From NCBI GenBank assembly GCA_028707495.1, contig JAQWAS010000005.1, forward strand, positions 1,065 to 65,064: a stretch of DNA of 64,000 nucleotides. Reading direction: 5' to 3'. Position 1 is the stretch's first letter, and each line of letters opens with the position of its first letter. The notes beneath the pieces were generated by a model. The model was not told the DNA's origin and did no database searches. It saw only the letters and a list, made by a program, of their open reading frames with translations. Made by a program: the position numbers and the translations under genes. This DNA comes from Patescibacteria group bacterium (GTDB lineage: Bacteria > Patescibacteriota > Patescibacteriia > UBA2591 > JAQWAS01). Of this stretch, positions 9,072 through 18,769 are shown in pieces.

Positions 9072-9140
9072 GCACAACTGCCACTATCCGACATCCTCCG
9101 CTATCGCTACGGACGATCGGATCAGTGGCATACGTTATTA
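9072..9140 (+). mobile_element. attC-like site 5 (last of the array)
   Basis: GCACAAC-TGCCACTATCCGA ... TCGGATCAGTGGCA-TAC-GTTATTA; GCACAAC complements GTTGTGC at 8180. Confidence 0.8.
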
Positions 9141-9145
9141 AATTT

Positions 9146-10795
9146 TTATCTATCAATATAATTCTTAAAATCCGCACTATTTTTCCATTGCTGGTAGGAA
9201 AGACTTGGATGCACTGTTTTACCACCAAAACGCACAGCCTGTTCAATGGCTTTAATTGGATAACCACGATTCTGGTAGGCATCAGTTAACGTCTGAAAAT
9301 TAGCATTATTCAAATTCACGCTCCCAAATTTGCGTTGTAAAATATCTCTTAATTCAGCTTCTGATGAACGGTTCATCACAGTTTGATAATCTAAACTATG
9401 TTGCCAAGTTTGCCAGCTAATGGCTGGATGTACAGTCTTACCACCAAAACGCAGAGCTTTAACTATCGCTTCGATAGGATAACCACCATACATATAAGCA
9501 CGTAGCAAAACTTGATAATTATTGTCTGTTAAATTATATTCACCTATATTTTGATTTAATAAATATTCCAATTCATCTTTTTTATTATCAATCGTAGCCT
9601 GAGCGTAGGTTGGTTTAAAATAATTTTGCGCTTGAAGTTTGTCTGGACCTTTGGGACTATAGCCATATTTAATTTCATGACCGTCTGGATAGCCATCTCT
9701 ATCTGTATCTGCGTTGTTGGGATCGGTACCAATTTCAATTTCATAACTATCAATTAAACCATCGCCATCTGTATCAACTAATTGACTAGTTGGCTGAGCC
9801 GTGACTGGATTAACTGGTGTCGGCTTGGTGGTAAATGACATTTCGTCGGTAGTTAATTTACGACCGTATAAAGCATCATAAATGTTGATTTTATAATAAT
9901 ATTTAGTGTCCGGCTCTAAATCAATCAAAGTAATAGCATGTTCTAATTCTTGACTATCCTTGACCACATCCAAAGTCTGACCATTCTTACCCGGCTGTGT
10001 CCCATAAGAAATTTTACTTTTACTAATTAAATTGGTTCGCCAATCCAACGTGGCTTTAGTGTTAGTAATTTTAGTCCCATCGGGATCTAGGGGTGTTAAA
10101 TCTTTAATTTGTAAAATAGAATAGTCCACTGTACTAATTTGTGTTCGACAGCGTAAAACATGAAAACTTTTATTGCCCGCTTCATCAAGCGCTTCAATTT
10201 TAACTCGATAGGCCTGATTGCGTCCAAGTTTATAAATAAATAAAACGTGCTCTTGATGGTATTTATTATAACCAGTTTTTTTATAGTTGATTTCAGTCGC
10301 TAAACTATCAACATTATCAATGCCATAATAAATTGTAGCTTTGGTTGGTTCATTGGTTTTCCAATATAAAGCGATGGCATCGTTGGTTGTTTGTAAAACT
10401 TCGGCTTTTTCAATTTTAGGATCAATCGTGTCAATCATATCTTTAGTTGAAAAAGCTTGAATAAAAGATTCGGTTTGTTCTTGCAAACGATTGAAAGCTA
10501 AAATTTTAAAATAATAAGTCTGATTTTTTTCTAAACCAGTCATCACTGATTCGTGTCGTATTTCATACAAACTATAGCCAACCCATTTATCTAAGTGCTC
10601 ACGATTTAAACCATAATAAACAATCCCACGCGTCGGATTGCTTAAAGTTGACCACTTGATTCTAGCCGTGCCGTCTTTTAAATCATAAATTTCAATCTGG
10701 CTAATATCAACCTCTTGCGCTTGAACAATTCTGAGTGGCGCAATTAAACTTAAAACTATAATTAAAATTAAACTTATTTTGAATCTATTTCGCAT
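9146..10795 (-). CDS. Secreted protein with three Fn3-like repeats, Ca-binding DTDGDG repeats and a duplicated C-terminal domain
   Basis: Signal peptide; W.T....YG...L.P.T.YY repeats; DTDGDGLIDSYE; RFGGKTVHP twice. Confidence 0.8.
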   Translation of the reverse strand: MRNRFKISLILIIVLSLIAPLRIVQAQEVDISQIEIYDLKDGTARIKWSTLSNPTRGIVYYGLNREHLDKWVGYSLYEIRHESVMTGLEKNQTYYFKILAFNRLQEQTESFIQAFSTKDMIDTIDPKIEKAEVLQTTNDAIALYWKTNEPTKATIYYGIDNVDSLATEINYKKTGYNKYHQEHVLFIYKLGRNQAYRVKIEALDEAGNKSFHVLRCRTQISTVDYSILQIKDLTPLDPDGTKITNTKATLDWRTNLISKSKISYGTQPGKNGQTLDVVKDSQELEHAITLIDLEPDTKYYYKINIYDALYGRKLTTDEMSFTTKPTPVNPVTAQPTSQLVDTDGDGLIDSYEIEIGTDPNNADTDRDGYPDGHEIKYGYSPKGPDKLQAQNYFKPTYAQATIDNKKDELEYLLNQNIGEYNLTDNNYQVLLRAYMYGGYPIEAIVKALRFGGKTVHPAISWQTWQHSLDYQTVMNRSSEAELRDILQRKFGSVNLNNANFQTLTDAYQNRGYPIKAIEQAVRFGGKTVHPSLSYQQWKNSADFKNYIDR

Positions 10796-10859
10796 ATATT
10801 TAATTAATTTTAGACTACTTATATCTTAGCATAAATTTAATTTCTTGTCAAGAAAAATA

Positions 10860-10881
10860 AATAACCGCCGAGACGGTTATT
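10860..10881 (-). terminator. Probable intrinsic terminator after the Clp ATPase gene
   Basis: AATAACCG-ccgaga-CGGTTATT hairpin followed by a T-rich run on the minus strand. Confidence 0.55.
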
Positions 10882-10903
10882 AATTTTAAGGTTTTATTTA
10901 CTT

Positions 10904-13663
10904 TTAAATCTCTTGTGCTTTTTCGACCCGAATTTTACCTCCGGGTTCTAAAATAGCTAAATCGCGCCGTTGTAATTTTCCCTCTAAAATATATTTAGCT
11001 AAATTATTTTGAACTTTTTCTTGAATAACTCGACGAAGTGGGCGAGCGCCGAATTTTGGATCAAAACCTTCTCGAGCCAATTCTTCTAAAGTTGCTTGTG
11101 TAATTTTTAAATTAATGCCTTTTTCGGCTAATTGTTTTTCAACGCCTTTTAACATTAATTTGGCGATTTGCTGAATTTCTTCCTGTTTTAAAGTTCGAAA
11201 AAGAATAATATCGTCAAAACGATTTAAAAATTCTGGACGGAAAGATGATCTTAATTCTTCAGCAATTAGCTTTTCTTTAACTTGATTTAAATCGATATTT
11301 TGTTTAACAGCATCTTGAATATAAAAAGCACCAGCATTGGAAGTGGCAATTAAAATAACATTGGTAAAATCAATTGTCTGACCGGTAGTGTCAGTCAAAC
11401 GCCCGTCTTCCATAACTTGTAAAAATAAATTTAAAATGTCTGGATGAGCCTTTTCAATTTCATCTAACAAAAGCAAAGAAAAAGGATTATTTTTGATGGC
11501 TTCGGTTAAAACCCCACCCTGACCTGAGGCCGGCGCACCTATCATGCGTTTAACTGAATCTTTTTCTTGATATTCTGACATATCCAAGCGCACCATGTTT
11601 TTTTCTGAGTTAAAATAAATTTCAGCTACAATTTTAGCTAATTCAGTTTTACCAACACCAGTTGGACCCAAGAAGAGGAGATTGGCGACCGTTCTTTTTT
11701 GATCTCGCAACTCTGCCCTCGCCCGACGCAAAGCATTGGCAACTGCTTCGACCGCTTGAGTTTGGTTGATTAAACGTTGATGAATCTGTTTTTCTAAATT
11801 TAATAATTTTTGCGTTTCCTGTTGACTAATATCAGTTAAAGGAATCTTAGTTTTTTGCGAAACTAGTTGCGCAATATCTTCACCAGTCACCAAAGCTTTT
11901 TTGCCTTTAATATTTCTAACATACAAAGCGGCTTCTTCTAAAAGTAAAACTCCCTTTTCTGGCAAAAAGCGGTCATGAATATACCGACTCGATAAAGCTA
12001 CGGCTTGATCAATAGCATCATAAGAAAAGAAAACATTATAACGTGCTTCCAAGAAGCTAGCTTCGGCTTCTAAAATTTGGATAGCCTTATCACCCTGCGG
12101 TTCGTCAATAGAAATTTTTTCTAACACATTTGCTAAGGCCTTATTTTCCATATAGCGTTGAAAATTAACTGGATCGGTATCAGCAATTAAAATAAATTTT
12201 TTCTGAGCTAATTCTTCGGCTAGCATTTCTGAAATATCTAATTCGCCGCTAGTACTACTCACGCCAATCGCATTATGAATATCACTAATAAAAACAACAA
12301 TATTGCCAGCGCGTTCAATCTCATAAATTATCCGTCGCAAACGTTCTTCGACTGCGCCGACACCAGCGCCACCCGAAATTAAAGCTGATAAACTTAGACT
12401 TACTAATCTTTTATCTTGTAAAATTGGAGGCACATCTTCAGTCACCATTAAGCGCGCGATGCCTTCAATAATGGTTGTTTTGCCCGTACCCGGATTACCA
12501 ACCAAAACCACGCTGTCACCGCCACTTTGAATGGCTTGAAAAATTCTATTTAATTCATCGTTTCTCCCAACACAATATCCCAACAAATCTGCTCGTGCTA
12601 AAGCAGTTAAATCCTGACTAAACTGGTCTAAGTAAGGCGTGATAACTGCCGTCATAGCCTTATTCATGCCCTTTTTGGATTTTAATTTTTTGCGAGCCTG
12701 AAAACGTTGGCTTCGATTTTTTAAATTATTTTTAACTTCTATCCAAACACCAACATTTTTAATTTTGTGTTTATCAACCTCTAGATCGGTTAAAATTTCA
12801 TGAGCCAAACTTGGCACATCTAAAAGACCAATCATTAAATCAATTAATTCAATTTGTGGAGCTCGTCTTTCAGCTGCTAAAAAATAACTTTTTAATAACG
12901 CCACTTTTAAATTTAAATGCATTGATAATGGCTCTTTATCGCGTTCGCTTAAACGACCCAAATTATAAACTACCTGATCTTTAACTTTTTTAGGATTAAT
13001 GCCGAGATGAGTAAAAATGCTTTGAATGTCGTCAAAAGTTAATAAGCTCGCCAATAAATGTAAAGGCAAAATCTGTTGATGATCTAATTTAAAAGCCATG
13101 TCTCGAGCTTTTAAAACTGCTTTAAAAGCTGTAATTGACAAAGAGTCTGAAATTTCAATTTGATTTTTTTCATCGATTTTTAAATAATCCTCCCAAATGG
13201 GCAGAGTAGCGGTTTCTTTAAAATCTATTTTTTTAACTTTATTTTTTAAAATTAATTCTTGTCTGTGTTGGCGATGATAAAAAAAATATAAACACACTAA
13301 AAAAGCTAGCCAAACCGCTACAGGTAAATTATTGTTTAATTCTGTTTGCGTTTGTTGTTGAAAAAATTCTTGACCAGTCATAGCCATATCTGTCTGGCCC
13401 AATAATCTTAAAATTAAAATCAACCCACCCCAAGCGACTATTAAAATTAAAATAATTTTAACGAGATTTTTTAAAATATTTAAAAATTTATCTACAAAAA
13501 TTTGATCACCGGAAATCTTGCGTTGCCAATAAAAAAGGTATGGTGCAATTAAAACATGAACTCCCTTGCCTTGACAAAAGGGACAAGTACCACCTTTAAC
13601 TTTACCACTGCCCTGACACTGTGGACAAAAAATAAATCTATTTTCTGGTACAGCTAAACTCAT
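10904..13663 (-). CDS. ClpB/ClpC-like ATPase with N-terminal DnaJ-type Zn finger and two TM helices
   Basis: CPQCQGSG/CPFCQGKG; GNPGTGKT; GPTGVGKT; LLDEIEKAH; GARPLRR. Confidence 0.9.
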   Translation of the reverse strand: MSLAVPENRFIFCPQCQGSGKVKGGTCPFCQGKGVHVLIAPYLFYWQRKISGDQIFVDKFLNILKNLVKIILILIVAWGGLILILRLLGQTDMAMTGQEFFQQQTQTELNNNLPVAVWLAFLVCLYFFYHRQHRQELILKNKVKKIDFKETATLPIWEDYLKIDEKNQIEISDSLSITAFKAVLKARDMAFKLDHQQILPLHLLASLLTFDDIQSIFTHLGINPKKVKDQVVYNLGRLSERDKEPLSMHLNLKVALLKSYFLAAERRAPQIELIDLMIGLLDVPSLAHEILTDLEVDKHKIKNVGVWIEVKNNLKNRSQRFQARKKLKSKKGMNKAMTAVITPYLDQFSQDLTALARADLLGYCVGRNDELNRIFQAIQSGGDSVVLVGNPGTGKTTIIEGIARLMVTEDVPPILQDKRLVSLSLSALISGGAGVGAVEERLRRIIYEIERAGNIVVFISDIHNAIGVSSTSGELDISEMLAEELAQKKFILIADTDPVNFQRYMENKALANVLEKISIDEPQGDKAIQILEAEASFLEARYNVFFSYDAIDQAVALSSRYIHDRFLPEKGVLLLEEAALYVRNIKGKKALVTGEDIAQLVSQKTKIPLTDISQQETQKLLNLEKQIHQRLINQTQAVEAVANALRRARAELRDQKRTVANLLFLGPTGVGKTELAKIVAEIYFNSEKNMVRLDMSEYQEKDSVKRMIGAPASGQGGVLTEAIKNNPFSLLLLDEIEKAHPDILNLFLQVMEDGRLTDTTGQTIDFTNVILIATSNAGAFYIQDAVKQNIDLNQVKEKLIAEELRSSFRPEFLNRFDDIILFRTLKQEEIQQIAKLMLKGVEKQLAEKGINLKITQATLEELAREGFDPKFGARPLRRVIQEKVQNNLAKYILEGKLQRRDLAILEPGGKIRVEKAQEI

Positions 13664-13664
13664 A

Positions 13665-14018
13665 TTAATAAATTATTTTATAAATAATTAAGATCGGCAA
13701 ACCTAACCATACTCCTAATAAAGCTATGATTAAGCCAACCCACAATAAAAAAATCAGCAAAAAAATTGCTAATTTAATTAATCTCACAAAAAAACTAATT
13801 AAGCGACCACTTTTAGAATAATCGCCATACATGGGTTTAAATAAATATCTAAATTGAATTGTAATACCGAGACCTCTTTGGCCTAAAATAATTTGTTGAC
13901 AAACCCAATGCCACATTTTTTTTAAACCACCACTATACCACCAAATTGGAAAATAAATAAAATCTAAAATAATCTCTCCTACCCCTTTTAAAATTTGAGT
14001 AAAAAAATTGTCTGACAT
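13665..14018 (-). CDS. Hypothetical membrane protein
   Basis: In operon; hydrophobic; YFPIWWY and LFKPMYGD. Confidence 0.75.
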   Translation of the reverse strand: MSDNFFTQILKGVGEIILDFIYFPIWWYSGGLKKMWHWVCQQIILGQRGLGITIQFRYLFKPMYGDYSKSGRLISFFVRLIKLAIFLLIFLLWVGLIIALLGVWLGLPILIIYKIIY

Positions 14019-14027
14019 ATTAATAAA

Positions 14028-14312
14028 TTAAGCTTCAATGGCTGGAATAGCCACCTCTGACTTAAGTGTTTCACCTAATTTAAGAGTGCTATCTTCGACT
14101 ATAACTTTGTCTTTAGAAATTGAAACTATCTGCGAAGCATGAATTAATAAATATTTTTCTGCTCGCAAAATTTTATCTAATAATTTTTGGTCACCGACAT
14201 ACAGCTGTTCAATTTTTCCACTTAAAATATCTATTTCTAAATCTAAAACATGACCTAAAAATTGATCGCTTTGTGTAAAAACTGGCAGATTAATTATGCG
14301 TGTTGCCTTCAT
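14028..14312 (-). CDS. PRC-barrel domain protein
   Basis: LPVFT...LGHVLDLEID..SGKI pattern. Confidence 0.8.
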   Translation of the reverse strand: MKATRIINLPVFTQSDQFLGHVLDLEIDILSGKIEQLYVGDQKLLDKILRAEKYLLIHASQIVSISKDKVIVEDSTLKLGETLKSEVAIPAIEA

Positions 14313-15057
14313 CTTTTATTATAACTGATTTTTCTTTTTTATTAAAAGAATAATACTGTTGAGCCACCATTAATAAAGTACTCAACATCCAATATAAAGT
14401 TAAACCACCGGGCAAGCTTAAACCAATAATCACCGTAACGGCCGGCATCATATATTGCATTTGTTTATTCATAATAGCGGCCACGTTTTCATCTTTAGCT
14501 CCGGTTTTATCTGCTATTCCGACTGGCGGTTGCTGGGTAGATAACATTTTAGTTTGCCAAAATTGAGCCAAACCGGCGACTACCGCAAACAACCAAATGG
14601 GATTGGCTAAATTTAAAAATTCTAAACCAAACATTCTGGTTTCAATCGTGCCTGGATTTTGCACAAAAGGATAGAGCAGTGAAAAATCCGCCGAATTTAA
14701 ACCCGCCCGAAAAACCTGATACACCGCAATTAAAAAAGGTAATTGTAATAACAATGGCAAACAACCCGACATGGGACTGACCTTTTCCTGTTTATATAGT
14801 TCCATCGTCTTGCGTGCCAATTCTTCTTTTTTATCTTTATATTTTTTTTGCAATTCCTGAATCTTGGGTTGTAACTCTTTCATCGCCTTTTGAGCTTTGA
14901 TTGATTTTAAAGACAGGGGATAAAGAATCAATTTAATGACAATAGTTAATAATATAATCGCCACACCAATATCATGACCTGGCACAATATTATAAAAAAA
15001 GATTAATAAATTGTAGATCGGTTGGTATAAAACTGTGTTAAAAATTTGTCCTAGCAT
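14290..15057 (-). CDS. yidC: Membrane protein insertase YidC
   Basis: AIILLTIVIKLILYPL, LQPKI, GCLPLLLQLP, LYW. Confidence 0.95.
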   Translation of the reverse strand: MLGQIFNTVLYQPIYNLLIFFYNIVPGHDIGVAIILLTIVIKLILYPLSLKSIKAQKAMKELQPKIQELQKKYKDKKEELARKTMELYKQEKVSPMSGCLPLLLQLPFLIAVYQVFRAGLNSADFSLLYPFVQNPGTIETRMFGLEFLNLANPIWLFAVVAGLAQFWQTKMLSTQQPPVGIADKTGAKDENVAAIMNKQMQYMMPAVTVIIGLSLPGGLTLYWMLSTLLMVAQQYYSFNKKEKSVIIKDEGNTHN

Positions 15058-15123
15058 AATTTGTTTTTATTTAATAATTTTTTAATTTTAATCAATTATA
15101 AATCGTAAATTTTAAGTTATAAT

Positions 15124-15381
15124 TTATTTAAGCGGATCATAACCACCCTTAGAAAAAGGATTACAACGCAACAAACGCCAACTAGCTTTTAACCAACCCT
15201 TCAAAAACCCATATTTATCAATAGCTTGATAGGCATATTCTGAACAAGTTGGTTTAAATTTACAACGACCCAGGGGATGCAAAGGTGAGAACCAACCATG
15301 ATCTGGTGAAAAGGTTTGCTGATAAATACGAATTAATTGCAAGCTTACAATTTTAGGAAGATGTCGAACCACTTCATACAT
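15124..15381 (-). CDS. yidD: Membrane protein insertion efficiency factor
   Basis: CKFKPTCSEY...RCNPFSKGGYDP. Confidence 0.95.
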   Translation of the reverse strand: MYEVVRHLPKIVSLQLIRIYQQTFSPDHGWFSPLHPLGRCKFKPTCSEYAYQAIDKYGFLKGWLKASWRLLRCNPFSKGGYDPLK

Positions 15382-15719
15382 TATATTAATTTTAACTTTT
15401 TTAATAAATCTATTAAAGTTTGGTCTAGCTCTTGATAGGTTAATTTTAAGATGCCGGGTCGAGTATTAATAATAATATCATAACCAGGTTTAATTTTATC
15501 TAAATTCAATCTAATAATTTCGCGCAACTGGCGCTTAACCTTATTACGTTGGACTGCTTTTTTAGAAATCTTTAAAGACACAATGAAAGCAAATCTTGAA
15601 TTTTCTAAATCGTTAGCTAAAAATTTAATACCTAAAAATTGGTCAAGTCTTCCCTTGCCCTTTTGCCAAATGTTTTCAAAATCCTTGCGCTTGGTTAAAC
15701 GAAAAGGCTTGGCCAACAT
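15381..15719 (-). CDS. rnpA: RNase P protein component
   Basis: KKAVQRNKVKRQLRE (RNR motif). Confidence 0.95.
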   Translation of the reverse strand: MLAKPFRLTKRKDFENIWQKGKGRLDQFLGIKFLANDLENSRFAFIVSLKISKKAVQRNKVKRQLREIIRLNLDKIKPGYDIIINTRPGILKLTYQELDQTLIDLLKKLKLI

Positions 15720-15726
15720 AATTAAT

Positions 15727-15879
15727 TTATTTTTTTTCGTCTGAAACGGTTAATTTTTTTCTACCTTTAGCTCGTCTTCTTTTTAAAATGTCTTTACCTT
15801 CTTTAGTTGAATTGCGTTGCATGAAGCCATGTTTTTTGGCTCGTTTTCTTTTTTTAGGTTGATAAGTTTGTTTTGGCAT
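15727..15879 (-). CDS. rpmH: 50S ribosomal protein L34 (absent from the ORF track)
   Basis: Manual translation [50 protein letters not shown]. Confidence 0.95.
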   Translation of the reverse strand: MPKQTYQPKKRKRAKKHGFMQRNSTKEGKDILKRRRAKGRKKLTVSDEKK

Positions 15880-15908
15880 ATCTTTATATAAATTATAAGT
15901 TAAATTAA

Positions 15909-18437
15909 TTAAACTAAGGTTACTGAAGCCACACGATCGCCTTTCTCTTTAAAGCGCATCAAACACACACCTTGAGTAGCTCGACCCAACGTGCTTACGG
16001 ATTTTAAAGGTAAGCGGATAACTTGACCCTTTTCTGAAACTAAAATTAAATCACCCTTCGCGCCTTCAGGCAAATTACGTTCATCTGTTAAACTTGCTGA
16101 AACTAACGGTCCAATTTTATCAGTAACTTGAACGGTTTTAATACCTACGCCACCACGACCCTGAATCTTGTATTGATTTAAATCTGTTTTTTTACCATAA
16201 CCATGTTGGCTCACAACTAAAACTTGGCAAGTTTTACTTTTAGTCTCGGCATCAATAACATCCATGCTAATGACTTGATCGCCTTTTCTTAATTTAATTC
16301 CTCTAACACCTGCTGCTGTTCTACCCATCGATCTTACATCTTTTTCTTTAAAGCGAATCGCCTGACCTAAACGGCTGACTAACATAATTTCGTCTTGACC
16401 ATCTGAAGTTTTAACCCATTCCAAAATGTCATCGGGTTTTAATTTCAAAGCAATCAAACCTGAGCGACGTAAATTTTTAAAAGCTTCAATCTCAACTTTT
16501 TTAATTAAACCTTGTTGCGTCGCCATGACTAAGTATTTTTTCTCTTTTTTCTCTTCACTAATTGGCATAATAGCTGAAACTTTTTCCTCAGAAGAAGTCT
16601 GTAAAAAATTTACCAAAGCTTGACCACGAGCCGTGCGTGAAGCCACTGGAACGTTATAAGCTTTAAGTTGAAAAACCTTACCAGAGGTGGTGAAAAATAA
16701 TAGATCTGAATGAGTATTGGTTGTAAACATCAAATCCACAGCATCTTCTTCTTTGGGTGTCAGACCAATGACGCCTTTACCACCGCGAATTTGTTTTTTG
16801 AATGTCTGTGGTGGCAAACGTTTAATATAACCATCTTTGGTAGTTAAAATTACACATAACTCTTTAGGCACCACATCTTCTTGTTTAAATTCACCTATTT
16901 TATAAGGTGCCACAAATGTTCGCCGCTCATCGCCATATTTTTGAATTAACTCTTCTAATTCGGTTTTAATGACTGCTAAAATCTTTTTCTGGCTCTTTAA
17001 AATCTCTTCTAATTTTTTAATTAATTCTTTCTTTTCTTTAAGCTCATTTAAAATAGCTATGCGTTCCAAATTAACTAACTGATGTAAACGCATTTCTAAA
17101 ATTGCATCAACCTGTTTAATGCTAAATTTAAATTGATGACGTAAATTCTTTTTGGCTTCGTCTTTATTTTTAGACTTCTTAATAATTTTAACTATAGCAT
17201 CAATATTATCTAAGGCAATTTTTAAACCTTCTAAAAGATGAGCCCGATCTTTAGCTTGTTTTAAATCAAATTTAATCCGACGTTCAACCATCAACACGCG
17301 ATGTTTAATGTATTCTTCTAGAATGCCTTTTAAATTTAAAAGTTTAGGCTGAATACCGTCAATTAAGGCAATCATATTGACATAAAAAGTATCCTGTAGC
17401 TGGGTCATTCTAAAAAGTTGGTTAAGAATTTTTTGCGGAAAAGAATTGCGTTTTAATTTAACAACAATTCTTAAACCTTGGCGATCTGATTCGTCTCGTA
17501 AATCCTGAATACCTTCAATTTTTTTATCTTTAACTAGTTCGGCAATTTTTTCTAACAAACTAGATTTGTTAACTTGATAAGGAATTTCCGAAACGATAAT
17601 TGAAAAATCTTTACCATCTTCAATAATCTCTGTTTTGGCCCGTGTTATAATGCCACCCTTGCCAGTCGCATAAACATGTTTAATTTGCTCTGGATCAAAA
17701 ATAATACCACCAGTTGGAAAATCTGGCCCTTTAACGTATTGCATTAAATCGTTTAATTCTGCCTGTGGTTGATCAATTAAATAAATTAAAGCCTGACAAA
17801 TTTCAGTTAAATTGTGTGGCGGAATATTAGTCGCCATACCTACGGCAATCCCCATACTCCCGTTTAAAAGTAAATTCGGTAATTCACCCGGCAAAACCTG
17901 TGGTTCTTCTTGTGAACCATCATAATTAGGAATAAAATTAATCGTTTCTTTATTTAAATCTAATAATAATTCTTCACTAATCGCATTTAATTTCGCTTCA
18001 GTATAACGCATCGCGGCCGCAGAGTCACCATCAATCGAACCGAAGTTACCCTGACCATTAATTAAAGGATAGCGCATCGAAAATTCTTGTGCCATACGCA
18101 CCATAGAATCATAAACTGCCATATCGCCATGAGGATGATATTTACCTAAAACTTCACCAACAACTGTAGCTGATTTTCTAAATTTAGCTTGAGCTTTTAA
18201 TCCTAATTTCCACATAGCATATAAAATTCTTCGATGAACTGGTTTTAATCCATCTCTAACGTCCGGTAAAGCTCGAGCCACAATAACCGACATAGCATAA
18301 TCAATATAAGAAGAGGCCATCTCATCTTTAATTGAAGCGGATATAATTTGGTTGGTTGGTTTATCTGAATTATTTAAATTATCTTTTGGGGGTTTAGCTT
18401 CCTTTTTTTGAATTATTTTTTTATTTTTAACTGCCAT
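15909..18437 (-). CDS. gyrA: DNA gyrase subunit A
   Basis: [15 protein letters not shown], GyrA-box-like QIRGGKG, pinwheel repeats. Confidence 0.97.
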   Translation of the reverse strand: MAVKNKKIIQKKEAKPPKDNLNNSDKPTNQIISASIKDEMASSYIDYAMSVIVARALPDVRDGLKPVHRRILYAMWKLGLKAQAKFRKSATVVGEVLGKYHPHGDMAVYDSMVRMAQEFSMRYPLINGQGNFGSIDGDSAAAMRYTEAKLNAISEELLLDLNKETINFIPNYDGSQEEPQVLPGELPNLLLNGSMGIAVGMATNIPPHNLTEICQALIYLIDQPQAELNDLMQYVKGPDFPTGGIIFDPEQIKHVYATGKGGIITRAKTEIIEDGKDFSIIVSEIPYQVNKSSLLEKIAELVKDKKIEGIQDLRDESDRQGLRIVVKLKRNSFPQKILNQLFRMTQLQDTFYVNMIALIDGIQPKLLNLKGILEEYIKHRVLMVERRIKFDLKQAKDRAHLLEGLKIALDNIDAIVKIIKKSKNKDEAKKNLRHQFKFSIKQVDAILEMRLHQLVNLERIAILNELKEKKELIKKLEEILKSQKKILAVIKTELEELIQKYGDERRTFVAPYKIGEFKQEDVVPKELCVILTTKDGYIKRLPPQTFKKQIRGGKGVIGLTPKEEDAVDLMFTTNTHSDLLFFTTSGKVFQLKAYNVPVASRTARGQALVNFLQTSSEEKVSAIMPISEEKKEKKYLVMATQQGLIKKVEIEAFKNLRRSGLIALKLKPDDILEWVKTSDGQDEIMLVSRLGQAIRFKEKDVRSMGRTAAGVRGIKLRKGDQVISMDVIDAETKSKTCQVLVVSQHGYGKKTDLNQYKIQGRGGVGIKTVQVTDKIGPLVSASLTDERNLPEGAKGDLILVSEKGQVIRLPLKSVSTLGRATQGVCLMRFKEKGDRVASVTLV

Positions 18438-18471
18438 ATTTTTAAAATATTTTATTTTTAATTTTAATAAT

Positions 18472-18762
18472 TTAATTTATTGCATCAATTTGAATCTCGG
18501 TTGCTTCGGTTTTAGGTTCAGCCTGAATTGCTTCATCTGCCTCGTCTAAAGTTTCGTCTCCTATTTCTTCAAGGGTTTTAAAAAAAACTTCAAATTCAGC
18601 ATCTAATTTGCTTTTACTTTCCTCATAAATCGCCTTCTCCTCGTCTGATAATAAACCAGAAGCGCTATGTTTAAAGGAAAAAATCCAAATAAAAATTATT
18701 AACAGCATCACCAAGCCAACACCTACCCACATTAAAACTTTTTTATCTTCTTGGCTCTGCAT
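18472..18762 (-). CDS. Hypothetical protein, single N-terminal TM
   Basis: ORF in the operon upstream of gyrA. Confidence 0.65.
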   Translation of the reverse strand: MQSQEDKKVLMWVGVGLVMLLIIFIWIFSFKHSASGLLSDEEKAIYEESKSKLDAEFEVFFKTLEEIGDETLDEADEAIQAEPKTEATEIQIDAIN

Positions 18763-18769
18763 ATTTAAA

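Noticed and set aside
4894-9140. CRISPR array or simple terminators as an explanation of the hairpins
   Set aside because: The units are not identical, are separated by whole genes, lack poly-T tails, and carry AAC/GTT cores that match across cassettes
10860-10881. ATAAC...GTTAT hairpin as a further attC
   Set aside because: Only 22 bp with no inner arms; its position fits a terminator
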